From contig JAPEUD010000007.1 in the NCBI GenBank assembly GCA_026026165.1, forward strand, positions 1 through 64,000: a DNA stretch of 64,000 nucleotides, given 5' to 3'. Shown here piece by piece: positions 37,305 to 50,776 of this stretch. The translations under genes and the position numbers were made by a program. Every line of letters begins with the position of its first letter. The stretch's first letter is position 1. This stretch comes from Sarea resinae (lineage: Eukaryota). The notes below the pieces were generated by a model. That model saw only the letters and a program-made list of their open reading frames with translations, did not search any database and was not told the origin of the DNA.

Positions 37305-37760
37305 GATGGCGGTGGATCGATTAGATGCGATGCGATGCGATGCGATCGGATTTATCATATCATATCAGATCATAGCGAACACGATCGGGATTGGCAAATC
37401 TCCGCGAAGATCATCGTTTCGCACTGGGCATGATCATCGATCATTTGGCGCGGAGAGTGCAGGTGGGCTGGACGGAGTGGAGCAGGTCGACTCTAGAGTA
37501 GGTGGCTTGCCACGTCCCATATGAGATCATGTTTTGGTTTATGTTCGTGCCCGCTCGCTTTACAATGGTATCACCGAGGATATGACTCGTGTCACCTCAG
37601 CATCGCGCCTGCCTCTGCGGAGCGCACTCTACTATGTAGGTAAGCATCCATCACGTCTTTCCCGTGAAACCCCCTTGGATCGCATATGAGGCATCATGTC
37701 ATTGCGTGTCCGTCCCTCGACTTTCCATCTTATATCCACATGCTTCAGCGACTCGCCCAC

Positions 37761-39559
37761 TTACACACCTGCAGCAGAATAAAACGCTCCCACCCCCTGC
37801 CTGAATCCCTGTTCCCACTCCCACACGAATTCCCCTCCCTGCCCACTCTCGAGCACTCTCTTCCTGAGCCACAAATCCAACATGCCAATCTTGTTTCCTC
37901 CTGCGATACTATCTTTGCCTTCGAAAAAGGCCATGGCATCCGAAAAGCCGACATCAAACCCATCAGCAAAGCGATTGTGCTGGAATTGCTTCCCTTTGGC
38001 TGTAGAGTCCCAGTAGTTGGAATGATTAGTCAAAGCGCCGGTCTTCTGGTCCTCGCGACGGGAGTGCGCGGACGAGAGGCGCGATGAGATGTCTTGCTTG
38101 GAGAGGAGGAGGCCTGGGGGCGGGGGGATAGCTTTGTTGTTGGTATTGGCGACAAAACCCCAGTCACCGCCGGGCATCCAGTCCTGTGGTGGCAATTTTA
38201 TATCAGAAGAGTGCTTTGCCAAGTCCAAACGGGAGAAGACAAACCATTTTATACGTCCAGAAGTAGCTACCACCCGTCCTTTGCTGCCACAACTGACTCT
38301 GGGCCCGCCCAAACTGCACGGTGAGACCTGGCCTTTCACCATCGGAGACCTTGCTCCATGTCTGCCCGTCGAGAGTACAGCTGTATTCTCCTACGATTAC
38401 TTGGCCCGCTCCGTGATCAACTACGTTTCCCTCCTTCCCGTTTTGCGCGTCAAGCGCGCCTGGTATCTTTCCAATGATCTGCTGCGGGCTCTGCGATTTA
38501 TCCGCATCGGAGAAGGTGTAATACTTATGAGTGTCTACAACGACGGGGTTCGAGCCTAGCCCGTTGTTGAGCGAATTCTTCTTGTTACTGTACTCCAGTG
38601 CAGGCGCGAGGTTCCACGCGTCGCTAATATAGAGTGGCATGGTTGGGTCGACCTGCGAAATGGCAGCGATGACACTATCGTACCATTGGTACATGCCGGG
38701 AGCGTTCCATCCAGCCTCGTTCAGTAATTGGATTCCAACAACGCCATCCATGGCCTTGGCCTCCTGTGCCATATAGACAAGGCAGTGCTGCGAAAGGCTG
38801 AGATGGGATTTTGAGGACCAGAGGCCGGCTTGTTTGTTAGATGTTCCAGAATGGGAGTCCTTGTTTGCACCTCCAGGTAGAGCATGAAGATCAAGCAGGA
38901 TACCGATGCCATGGGCACGGGCACGAGCTGTGAGATTTTTGACGGCAGACCAGGCATTGACGTAGACTTGAGCTGGCTGACCAGCGAAGGGCGTGCCAGA
39001 AGTAAAGTTGGGGCCGAGGGTAAAGTACCCGATGGGAAGGCGGATGGTAGTGCCTATACTGCCATGTCAGCTATGGAGGTCTGAGCCGCTCGAGAAGGTC
39101 GAGCTTACAGTGAGCAGTATTGACAAGCCAGTCAAAATCCGAGTCTGAAATGGCATCGTTCCAGTGCTTCTCCCACTTTGCGCGAGTGCCGTCGAGTCCG
39201 TTGGCCTTCAAAGAGCTAGTAACTTCCGTCATTACTTGAATCCATCGAGCGCATCGCATTCAATTGACCACTCACGCATTGACAGCATCTAGTTCACTTC
39301 CACCGTTGGCGCCTTTCACGAACATACTCCCACTGAGCCATTTTTCAAGCACGAAGACACTTCCCAAGTTCGTGCCGTGATGATAGCGGTATCGAAGGAG
39401 ATCATCGGGACTAGGCGGTCGGATGCTGGAGGGGCTGTCCTCTTCCTTTGTGAATTTCGGGTTCGAGCTGTGGCCAGAACTCGAACTATGCCCCGCGGAT
39501 GGGAATTGAGAGGACGAATCCTGGAGGGAAGCTTTTGCTTTATGAAGGAATTTTTTCAT
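37761..39559 (-). CDS. Glycoside hydrolase family 5 glucan 1,3-beta-glucosidase (YBR056W-like, no signal peptide from this ATG); exons ~39559-39276, 39215-39109, 39053-38245, 38183-37761
   Basis: RYRYHHGTNLGSVFVLEKW, IRLPIGYFTLG, LIDLHALPGGAN..HSG, acid/base GIQLLNEA, VVDTHKYY, nucleophile IVGEYS and GGSYFWTYKM|DWMPGGDWGF. Confidence 0.88.
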
Positions 39560-40253
39560 GTTGAATGGAGAAGCAATGAAAGTCGAGAAAATGACTACAG
39601 AGAAGAATATAAACACGAATTGACGATTGGAAGGGATCAGGTTAGGGTAGTAGATGCGCATTCACTCTGTGGAAGGGTGTCGGATGGTAATTCAAAAGAC
39701 CATGAGAGGCTACAGTAGGGATCTTAAGTAGAGTAGGGGGCGCACCAGCGAAACGGTTCGGGTCTAGAGGAGAAACAAGCAAGCATGAATGACGAGGCAG
39801 GAAGTTCTGATGATGCTTCAATTGGTGCCGATCCGCGATCAGCGATCAGCAGAGGATCGAGGGGTTCTATCAAGAAATACTTGGCGTGCGGGCGGGTCTC
39901 TGTTTACGCCGTACGAATGGACGACGTCGTTGCCTGTGACGTATGCCCACCCCTTGTACCAAAGTAGCGAGCTCCACAGTCAGGCGCAAGCTCAAGCACA
40001 GCCACAGCTCCCCTATCGCTGCAATCGATATCCTGACTACTACTTCAGTAGATTGATGCTATCATTTCGAGCTTGAAATCCTATTCTTGAGGGATGCGTG
40101 TCCATGATGCCGCTCATCTGCCCCTGCGCGCTCGACACAACAAGACCGTTGCACCTAACGCCGCTATGATAACGCCGGGAGTTCTATGTAACATGCCCAA
40201 CCCTCAGGTGAAATAAGACGATAAACCTTCTCCATAGAGTCATAGAGCTACCA

Positions 40254-42630
40254 CTATTGCATCTCCACTTCCATCTCTGTCGTCGTCTGTGCCGCGCCAC
40301 TTCGGCCGCTGGAAGCCGTCTTTCCTCTGCTGGCGCCCATAGCCGCCAATCCAGCTCCAAATCCACCCACTCCGCTGTTCCTAGGTGTCGAAAACATCTT
40401 GCCTGGAGTCCCGGAGCCCACAGCATTGTCTGCCGTCTCGACACCAGTCAGGACCCCAGTGACTACCCCACTGCCCAATCCAACTCCACTTCCCAACGCT
40501 GGCCCATTCATTTCTTCGTCCGTTCGTCCAAATACATCATGCCACCATCTCACCTCGTCCAGTCTAGGGAAGATCATTCGCTCATGTTTCTTGTCATGAT
40601 CGTCGATGGTGGGATCGTATTTGTCGTTGAGAAATTGCTCCTTCCTCGCGAGAAAGTAGTCCCATACGCTACTCGTTCTCTCCTGTACTTTGGCGTCGAT
40701 ACGCTCTTTCTCATTATTGTAGAGAAACGTGCCATACTGGCAGGAGTAGAGATGATAGAGTAGGCGCTTGAGAAAACGCTCGTTGAATTCAAACCTTGTA
40801 GGATGCTGATAGAGGAGCTGATAAGTCGCATCCAAGAATTGGTGAAATACCGGGCTGGTCTCTTTGACCTTAGTAATTTCCTTGTCGCCTGCAGCTCCAT
40901 CTCCCGTAGGCTTCTTGCTCGGTGGAGAATCAAACGGTAGCTCACTATCCGACTCAGCAAGAGAGTCCCGACTGGTATTATCTTTGTTGAAGAAGCCTTT
41001 AGCGCTCAAGAAGGCATTCTCAAACGCGTTCGATCCACCACCATGCTTCGAATTCGGCCCGCCATTGCTGCTGCTAGCACCACCGATACGCTCGTTTTCG
41101 ACCGTAAACCACTTTTCGCTGTTCAAGAATCCAGAACGGTGACGGAACATGTGACCGAACGAGAGCCAGTCCTTTTCCACCAAGACGATGAAGCCCTCAA
41201 GGGTCCGATAATATGGATCAAGGCACAGTTGACTTAGAGAGCTGAGTTGGCTCGTTCGGTCCCATCCATCTGAACAGTGAATCAAGACATGAGAATGCTG
41301 AAGACCGACTTGTCTCGCAATTAAGCCACTACCATCCAGCAAGCTCGAGATATGCTTGAGCCAGCCACTTCTAGATAGTACTTCTCGGTTTGGCGCCAAA
41401 GGTGTCAGATCAGAGTCTTTGAGAGCTTCCACCACTTTGTTCAGCGATTCGCGCATCACATGTATGTTGTCGATGCCGAGGTAGGCTTTCGTTGCAAAGG
41501 GATAATTGTCCATATTTTCCGACCCGAGTCCAACTGCTTGCATAGCGTAAGCATTGACTGTAGGACGAGCATCAACAATTAGATTATGTTGCTGAGCGCC
41601 ATATATTCGCGCATCTTCTGGCTTTGAATTGTTGCCAGCTTGCGCTATTACTTGATCCTCCAGTAACTCCATGTCGGTCTCTCTACTCGAAGACAGTCCA
41701 TCTTTCTGGCTTGATCCGGGAGTAGAACTTTCCGACGATGGGATGGACGAGATATCTGCCGTGTCGGCGCTCTTTGTCGAGCTCGAAAATATTGCAGCTA
41801 CTAGCTTCTCATCTTGGATGCTTCGATTACCTCGAACGCCTACGAGCGGCTGCGAACTTCGTGTTATGGTGCAGTTGTTGATTGGATGCAGATATGTGAG
41901 CACAGGTATTCGCGCTCGTGACCTATACCTGCCTGCGTAATTAAGAACATTATCGGATATCGCAGAGGGTACGGCGAGAAGTGCTGGATAAGTAGGAGAA
42001 TACTGAGAATGATCAGTCCACTTGCTTCACTCACTTGAGCGACTGCTATGCTTCTCTTACTTGGTAATCGATATTGATCTTGGATAATCTCCACCCATTA
42101 TCAACACTCTTCTCGTTTACACCAAGTCTTTTCCATTCCTCCCGCGCATCGTACACCGTCCAGCCATTGATATCCTTCTCGGGGCCATGAGAGCGGAAGC
42201 TGAATGCAAAGAGCTTCTCAACTCGTCCGAGTTTGCACGTAAGAGATTTGACGCTGTCGTAAACAGCTCTTGCAGACTTTTCGTCAAGAAATTGGAAGGC
42301 GACGAACGTAAAATCTCGCCCCCGTAGGCGGATGGATGGCTTCTGATGTGAGGCAGGGGGCGCCGGTCGATAGGTGCACAATGATATCATAGGATAAGTG
42401 ATCCATAGCTCCTTCGCCCGGGCTTTTGCAGCTAGCTCAGAGGTATCCTCAGTAGGTGAAGAAGGCGTGTGGCTGAAGATGAGATAATGTTGGGTCAGAT
42501 GTATGGTTCCTGGCATTGAGATGCCTCGACGGACGAGGTGCACATGGTCGACCTGACCCCACAACTTAGCTCGGACTCCTCTCTGATTACGGGACTGGGA
42601 GATTACCTTGGAGATACGAATCTTGTCCAT
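40254..42630 (-). CDS. YMR1: Myotubularin-family phosphatidylinositol-3-phosphatase; introns 42606-42553 and ~42062-42015
   Basis: Catalytic VLIHCSDGWDRTSQL, plus RSSQPLVG, IVDARP, LDPYYRTLEGFIVLVEKDWLSFGHMF, SPVFHQFLD and FEFNERFL, with an N-terminal PH-GRAM-like region. Confidence 0.93.
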
Positions 42631-43186
42631 GGTCGAGGTGCCCTCACTTCTTCACGCGAGGAAGTGAGAGATGACGTAAAAGGATGTCCAGGTTATTGCG
42701 CAGTGCTGCGAGGTGATAGATCAGAGCATGACGGCTGTCTCTGAGCTGGCGAATCTATAAGGTAGAACACGATATATGCCTCCTGATGTTCATTGAGAGG
42801 CGATCCAGATGAAGTAGAAGTAACGGGAGGTGCGAGGATATCGAAGTATCAACCTGTCCTACGCTCATCAGCGCGCACAGAATGACAGACAAGGTCAGGC
42901 AAGACAACAGAACAGCGTGGGGCAGTTCCGCGCTCGATGGTGCCCGGCAGCCAGCCCTGCCCGTGAAGATGATTCCCAGACCCCTTTCGGCCTAGCGGGC
43001 CCCATGACTAAGGCGACCTGGGAGAAGCCGTCCGGTCTCGTTTACGGAGTACGTTAATCCGGGAGTACGTACCTTCAATTCGCTTACCTTGACGATCGAG
43101 TTGGAAAAGTACCTCCATCCTGTATCCGCACCTACTACGTTACTCACGTATTCACCGTGCAAAGGTATTCCCCCATTTAGGTTCCC

Positions 43187-43195
43187 AACCCTAAG
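43187..43195 (+). promoter_or_regulatory. AACCCTAA (Tbf1/telobox-like) element upstream of RPS3
   Basis: ccaaccctaagcccca lies ~180 bp upstream of the RPS3 ATG, and a related cagccctag lies in intron 2. Such elements are known from fungal ribosomal-protein promoters. Confidence 0.35.
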
Positions 43196-43365
43196 CCCCA
43201 CGCTCACCCGAACATCGCGAACATCGCCTACTCGCGAGCATCAAGTCGAAGTCACGGACAGCCAACCGAACGCCCAGCCACGACCACCCGCCGACCAACG
43301 ACGACGACAAGACTGTCCGGAATCTTCTCGCCCAAAGGTTCAATCTTTCTCACAACCTCGAAAAC

Positions 43366-44535
43366 ATGGCTGCCGTCCAAGGAGGTGCTATGTACGTTGA
43401 ATTCTCGGACATCTGGCCCTTGAACGTCTCTGGAGCTTCTTGCTGACGAAATGGTGTCTATAGTTCCAAGCGCAGAAAGTTCGTGGCAGGTATGACAGCA
43501 CCGTTTCCTCAGCCCTAGCTGTCGGATGAGAAGATGTGGCATCTACTCTATTTTTTTGGGAGATGGATGGAGCTACCGGATGTGTAATTGGAGGCGCATG
43601 ACGACTTTGAGAACGACGCCATTATCAGAACCGAATCGCTGACTCTTTATGTCGAATAGACGGTGTTTTCTACGCCGAGCTGAACGAATTCTTCCAGCGT
43701 GAATTGGCCGAAGAGGGCTACTCCGGCGTCGAAGTGCGCGTCACCCCCACTGTGACCGATATCAGTATGCCACTCACCTCTTACTATCCATACCAGTAAT
43801 TCCACAAAGGGTCTAACAAAATCCTCGCACAGTTATCCGAGCAACACACACCCAAGAAGTTCTCGGTGAGCAAGGACGACGCATCCGGGAACTCACCTCC
43901 CTGATCCAGAAGCGTTTCAAATTCCCCGAGAACTCCGTCTCCCTCTATGCCGCCAAGGTTCAGAACCGCGGTCTGTCGGCCGTTGCCCAGTGCGAGTCGC
44001 TGCGGTACAAGCTCCTGAACGGTCTTGCCGTTCGACGTGCCTGCTATGGTGTCCTACGCTTCATCATGGAGAGCGGCGCCAAGGGTTGTGAGGTGGTCGT
44101 CAGCGGCAAGCTGAGAGCTGCCCGTGCCAAGAGCATGAAGTTCACCGTATGACGTCTTTCAATCCTCTATCATTTGCTTCCTGCCTATTAACACTTGCCT
44201 TTCACCAGGACGGCTTCATGATTCACTCCGGCCAACCGGCCAAAGAGTTCATCGACTCCGCCACCCGCCACGTCCTCCTTCGTCAAGGTGTTCTCGGAAT
44301 CAAAGTCAAGATCATGCGCGGCTCAGACCCCGAAGGCAAGTCCGGCCCGCAAAAGTCCCTGCCCGACTCCGTCACCATCATCGAGCCCAAGGAGGAGCCC
44401 TCGGTTCTGCAACCCATGTCCCAGGACTACGGCGCCAAGGCCGTCGCTGCTCAGCAAGCCGCCGAGCAGCAGCGTCTGGCAGAGCAGGAGGCTCAGCAGG
44501 CTCAGCAAGGTGGCGAGGAGTTTGCGCAGGAGTAG
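43366..44535 (+). CDS. RPS3: 40S ribosomal protein S3 (uS3), 5 exons
   Basis: Spliced translation [52 protein letters not shown]|..[28 protein letters not shown]...[31 protein letters not shown]...[14 protein letters not shown]. Confidence 0.97.
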
Positions 44536-45070
44536 ACATGTTTTTGCGATGGTCGCGATAATGATTTGTCGGAAAGGGCTGGTTGGGGGTGGGGCGACGG
44601 ATTCGTGAGGAGAGAGAGGAAGAGAGAGCTGGGTTGATGACGAAGAATGAAAGGACTGGCGAAACAAGGGATAGCTTGCATTTACCTTTGAGCCATGTTA
44701 TGTCGTCTGTAGGGCTCTCAAACATTTATGTAACCTTTTAAGCCTAGAAAACCTCCCAAAAACGGGCTTTTCCACTTCCATCTACCACAAAAACCTCGCT
44801 GATTGTGATGAAGGTCTATGCGTGACCTTACAGGACGGGCGCATTTAATTTGAACGGGAGGTACTAATGGGAAATGCTGTGACCTATATGAGGGTGTTTT
44901 AGGCAACATGTACGAGCCCAACTTCGAGATGGTGGGCTTTGGCAGCCTTCACACAAATAGAAACAGTTACAGACGGGAACGAGAAAAGAAAAAGAACAAG
45001 AGCTCGGCATTTATTGATATCTACCCCGCAGCATCTACCTGTCTTCCCACACTTCCCCACATGCCATCGT

Positions 45071-47291
45071 TTACGGCTCCGTAACCATCCTGTCCTCTGC
45101 TCCCCCGGCAGCCGTAGTAGCGAAATACCTGACATCGACGTCGTCATCCTGCTGCAACTTCTCCAAGTTGGGCAAGATCTTCTTGGTGATCAGTTCCTGT
45201 CCCCGGGGAGACGGCTTCACATCGGTGGCGCCAGACTTCTCGAGCGTGGATATGGTACCGGTCTCCGGGAGGCGGCGCAGGACGTCGATGAGGACGGCAT
45301 AGGATTTGGCGACGTTGAAGCGGATGTTGGGGATGTCGTCTGTGACAAGCTTGTCCATCATGGGGAGGATGGAGGTGGCAATGACGTCGACGCTGACAAC
45401 AGGTGCGAGGGTCTAACATGGTCCTGTCAGTTGGGGAAACTGGAAAGGATTGCTGGGTGGATTGTGAGAACTTACGGAAATTGCAAAGCAAGTGGTCATG
45501 CGGTAGAGGTAATTAGGATGCTGACCCATAGCCATGACTTTGGGTATTATAGCCTCATTGGCCCATTCGACGCCGAAGACCTCCGTCAGCTTCTTCAAGT
45601 TCTGTGTAGCGGCTTCGCGAATGGAGAAGACGGTGTCCCCCAGCCAGCTCATGCACAGAGTGCCTAGCTTTTCGTCGAAGAACTGGACGCCGAGTTGACT
45701 TGCGAGGAGAGGTATGTACTCGATGATGGCGAGTCGAACACGCCATTGCTTGTCTTCTGCGAGCTGCACGATTGCTGGGAGAAGAGACTGGGACAGCAGA
45801 TCGATGCCGATGACGTCATTTACAAGCTCGAGCTTTGAGATTATGTGTAATCGCACGTCTGGGAATTCGTCTTTGAGCATCTGCAGGAACATCGGAAGAA
45901 GATGAGAAATAGTTCTGTCCTAGCATCAGCATAGTCATAAGTAATAGAAATCGAGACAGCATACTCGTCTTTTCCAAGTATCGGTGCAAGGCCACTGATC
46001 TGTGTGCCAAGCGCGGCTCTAACGTGCTGAGAAGGGTCCGAAACAAGATCTTCAACGCTTCCCATGATCTCGTTCAACAAAGTGTCTCTATCCAGTAGAG
46101 CACAGAAGCCTACGCATGTAAGCAAAATACTAGACAATCAGAAGATGGACTCTTACCTGGGACTTGGCCTGCGATCGCTGTTCGCACCTCGGCTTCCGTG
46201 TCTTTGAGAAGCTTGACAAATGCTGGCACGAGATCGCGGTTCACAACCTCCTCATCCACTGCTTTAGCGATCTAAATGATCATTAGCTCCTGTACAAAGA
46301 TTATTCAGTAGATATCGCGCACCTTTTCGAACCGATCTGCAACCATGTATCTGACCCTCCAGCTCTTATCTTCAAACAGATTCCGGAGGACTGTGAGCAG
46401 GATACCATGACTTGATTGCTGCTCCTTCGGTACCACCTCTGCGATCGCAATAAGAACCTCTACCGTCAACAGTCGTACACTGTCCTGGTCATCGTTCGCT
46501 AGATGCTGGAAAAGAGGAATCATTTCTTCGATGACAATTGTAGCAGGCATAGCCTTGACGAATTTCGCCAAATTACTGGCCGCCTGTCTTCGAACCATGG
46601 GCGTCTCATCGTGAACGAGGTTCCCAAACTGCTGGCGCAATCCCTCTTGTGACGGTGCAGTCGCCTTGCTGTAGGGAATGCAATACAGGCCGGTAGCAGA
46701 GATCTTTGACGTGAACCAGTCGGCTTTCGAAAGACGAACCACAAGAGGAATGAAGTATTGCTCCACTTGCTCTTGGGAGAGCTGCTCGCAGATTTTGTTC
46801 AATGACTCTACAGCCTTTGCAACCAGGTCAGCCTTCAGTTCGCGCCAAGAAGGATGTCAAACCCACCTTCTCCCGCACCAACGGCTCCTCTATCGCTGCC
46901 AGGTTCTCTAAAGGTGAAAGAAGCACATGTGCATGTTCAGGACCCCCAACGTATTCTACAAAGTTCCCAAGCTCTTCGCTCAATGCGGTCAGGACTTCAT
47001 CCTCATCCTCCACGGATTCTATACGGGGGTTAGCACTGACTCGGACGAGGCTACAGACTGCACTGACCATCTAAGAATGGAATGAGCTCGTCCCTTGTCC
47101 GTTCTGAACCAAGAGCCAGGGCGATGGTCGACAAACGGTGTATGGCATTCAATCGTAAAAGAACATCATCATGCTATGTGCCAGTGAGCTTCGTCAATCA
47201 GTGGCACTACGCTGTGGATGAAGTGTACCTTGAGTTCGTCAATGAGGACTGCTATGGGATACAGTTCATCGTTCTGATTCGGTCCCTCCAT
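45071..47291 (-). CDS. TPD3: Protein phosphatase 2A scaffold (A) subunit, HEAT repeats, multi-exon
   Basis: [43 protein letters not shown]..., [68 protein letters not shown] and [10 protein letters not shown]. Confidence 0.95.
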
Positions 47292-48122
47292 CTTGCTCCG
47301 TTACTCTGTAAGACGAGTCCAAGATTGCTCTATCGTAAGCAGGTCGTGACTAGCCCAGGACCAGGACGTTGTTCCGTGGATAATTGGACGGCGTGTGTTT
47401 AGGATCAAGCGCCCACTCGTGCCGGGCGTTCAGATTCACGTTGGGAAGGGCGTAAGGAATGTCAGCGTAAAAGCAGCCCGTCGTATCTCTGCTATTACAA
47501 CCGAGGGCGATTCCGCGGAGACGTGGAGAACCAGCGCACAGCGGCTTAGGTGATGACCTTGAGACAAAGGCAGGAACCGGTCCTACGGCGATCGCGATGA
47601 CGGCGGACAGGGTCGTCGCTGAGGCGGTCGAGATGCTAAGAGACACGTCAAGTGGAAATTGAATGAGATGAAATGGGGCCTCCTCATAAGCTTTGACTTG
47701 AGGAGTGAGGTCTGAAGTGCAGGGCTCAGATTGCTTTCGATCGTGGTGGTCGTGGTGGCAGTTGGGGTAGTTGAGGGTTCATTACAGATCGATATTGGCA
47801 CTCTTTCGTCTCTGCGTGTGTTGGAGGCTTCTGCTCGTCTGACAGGGGCGGACGCCACGATGTGGCTGTGGGGGGATGAGGAGCGACCACAAGCGAACTC
47901 ATCCTGATGCTTGAGGTGGATATCAAAAGTACGAGCCAGAGGTACCATTTCTTTGCGGTGGGGATTCATGACTCTGATTCTCGAAATTTGCGCCGCAGAC
48001 TGTCAACGGCATTAGACATCCTCGAAAGCACTGGCACTCATCGCAGAGCAATCCTGTAGGCCGGAACTGCTCTGCAAGCATAGCATCCCCCCCTCCGACT
48101 CCGACAGCATTTCACTGTCACG

Positions 48123-50457
48123 ATGCCTACCATTGGCGTGGACAAGGCCGAACTCTTCCGTGCCCTGGGCCAAGAGTGAGAATTGCCCTTCCAGAGCTTC
48201 ATCAGAGGGCATCTTGGCTGACGGGATGTGCTGGTTGTCAGGTACACTACGGAAGAATTCGATGAGCTATGTTTCGAGTTCGGTGCGTACTGCATTGTCA
48301 ATCTACAGTTCAGAGAGCTCCAATGCTGACGTGTCCCAGGCATTGAACTTGACGAAGATGTGAGCGCCTATGCTGTTATGTCAAGCCCGTTTCCTTGCTC
48401 ATACGTCTAGACCACAAATTCCGAGCGGCCGATTGTAAACGGCGTCCAAGAGCCTCCACAATTGAAGATCGAAATCCCCGCAAACAGGTGCGACAGATGA
48501 ATACCCGCGCCATAGTTCAGCACTAATAGTATGGCCAGATATGACATGCTATGCTTCGAAGGAATTGCTCTTATGCTCAACATCTTCCGAGGAAAGACGC
48601 CAAGCCCTAATTACCGACTCGTGGCACCCCCGAATGGCGAACTGCAAACAATCACGGTCCACGAAGAGGTATGCAGAGACAACCAGGTCACGGCTACAGG
48701 ATCTGACTTTATTCCAGACGTCCAAAATACGTCCATACGTCTCCGCGGCTGTCCTACGAAACATCACTTTCACAAAGGAGCGATATGAGTCTTTCATCGC
48801 TCTGCAGGATAAGCTGCATCAAAACCTTGCGCGGCAGCGCACATTGGTGGCCATAGGGACACATGACATGGACACAGTCCAAGGACCGTTCACCTATGAA
48901 GCATTGCCTCCAGAGCAGATCAGCTTCGTACCTCTGAACCAGACCCAGAAGATGAATGGAGCGGAGCTCATGCAGTTCTACGAGGTAGGTCTCCTAAGCT
49001 GATCTGAGAGTAGATTTTCGCTATGGAGATTAATCTATATACAGAATGACAAGCATTTAGGGAGGTACCTTCACATCATCAGGGACTCCCCAGTGTATCC
49101 TGTCATTTACGATTCCAAGCGTACTGTGTGCTCATTGCCCCCAATCATCAACGGCGATCATTCCAAGATTTCCCTCAACACCAGAAACGTTTTCATAGAG
49201 TGTACTGCAACGGACAAGACAAAGGTAGAGATTGTCATCAACATGATGGTTGCAATGTTCTCTCAATATACCGAAGAACCATTCACGTAAGTTTTATTTC
49301 TTTTCCCAAGATGTCCAGCATTCATTTACCTCTTTCGTTTTTCAGAGTCGAGCCCGTCAAAATTGTTTCCCAACACAATCATGAATCCCGCCAAACGCCC
49401 AATCTTACCCCTCGAGAAACGCAAACGGAAATCTCATACATAAACGCCTGTTGTGGCCTTGAACTCTCTGCCTCCGAAATATGCACCCTCCTGAAACGCA
49501 TGTCTTACCACGCCACCCCCTCCACCACCTCTCCGGACCTCATCGATGTCCACATCCCACCTACTCGCGCAGACATCCTTCATCAGTGCGACATAATGGA
49601 AGACGTCGCCATCGGCTACGGATTCAACAATCTACCGCGTTCTTTCCCCTCGAAATCAGGCACTATTGCCCAACCACTAATGGTCAACAAACTCGGTGAC
49701 ATCGTGCGCATCGAGACAGCCATGGCTGGATGGTCAGAAGTCATGCCCCTGATTCTCTGCTCACATGACGAGAACTTCGGGTGGCTGAATCGGAAGGATG
49801 ACGGGGAGACTGCGGTGAAGCTTGCCAATCCGAAGACTCAGGAATACCAAGTCGTCCGCACGTCCCTGTTGCCTGGTCTGCTGAAGACCATCCGAGAGAA
49901 CAAGCACCACAGCGTCCCCATCAAGGTGTTTGAGGTCAGTGACGTGGCTTTCAAGGACATGACTATGGAGCGGAAGAGCAGGAATGAGCGTCATTTCGCC
50001 GCGGCGTGGTACGGCAAAACCAGCGGATTTGAGGTCGTACATGGTTTGTTGGATCGCATTATGATGATGTTGAAGAACGCTTTTGTCACGCGAGAGGAAG
50101 GACTAGATGGCAAGAAGCTCGATGGGTATTGGATCGAGGAAACTGAAGGTTTGTTCTGCCCGCACAATTCAGCGCATACTGTTGGATATGTGTGGACCCA
50201 CTAATTTGATAAAACCTAGATCCAACGTTCTTTCCTGGCCACGCAGCTACTGTCCACTTAAGATTGAACGGCAATGAGCATGTCATCGGTGTATTTGGCA
50301 TCCTGCATCCTACAGTCTTGAATAACTTCGAGCTTCGGTGAGTGCAACCTTTCTACATTTCATAAGCCATTATTCGAGCAATGCGGGCTTACGCTTCGAT
50401 TTTCTCTCCAGATATCCCGTCAGCACCCTCGAAATCAATCTTGAGACCTTTTTATAA
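48123..50457 (+). CDS. FRS1: Cytoplasmic phenylalanyl-tRNA synthetase beta subunit, ~10 exons
   Basis: MPTIGVDK..., [114 protein letters not shown], ending ...LEINLETFL* (TAA 50455-50457). Confidence 0.95.
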
Positions 50458-50776
50458 AAATGAGATCTCTTTGACGTTTCAAATTGGCGTCTTGACACTC
50501 AAAAAGCTGTAGCCGCCAATCTAGACTCATATCACCCTCATCTAAAAGATCTGCAATACCATAGACTAGTAAAATCAAAACACAGTGTACTTAATCTCTA
50601 GCTCTTGGATAGTTTATAACCTGATGAAGGGCGGAGATAATCCCCATTTGATGTATGTTTCAGAGTCCGAGCGTATCACGCCACGAAAAAAGAAATCCTT
50701 GACCGATGAACTGCTGCCGCCAAACGCCGAATTATGTGTCCAGACCGTCCCGTCCAACGCCATGATTCCCTCTCAT

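Noticed and set aside
43490..43660. Possible intronic snoRNA in RPS3 intron 2 (vertebrate RPS3 hosts U15)
   Set aside because: Only a degenerate ATGACGA about 45 nt from a CTGA that is the branch point. It is too short and has no guide.
3469..50457. Apparent cluster of nutrient/TOR-signalling and translation genes (MIOS, PAS kinase, PP2A-A, YMR1, MSG5, RPS3, FRS1, EFG1)
   Set aside because: Common housekeeping categories interspersed with unrelated genes. Nothing in the sequence shows co-regulation.
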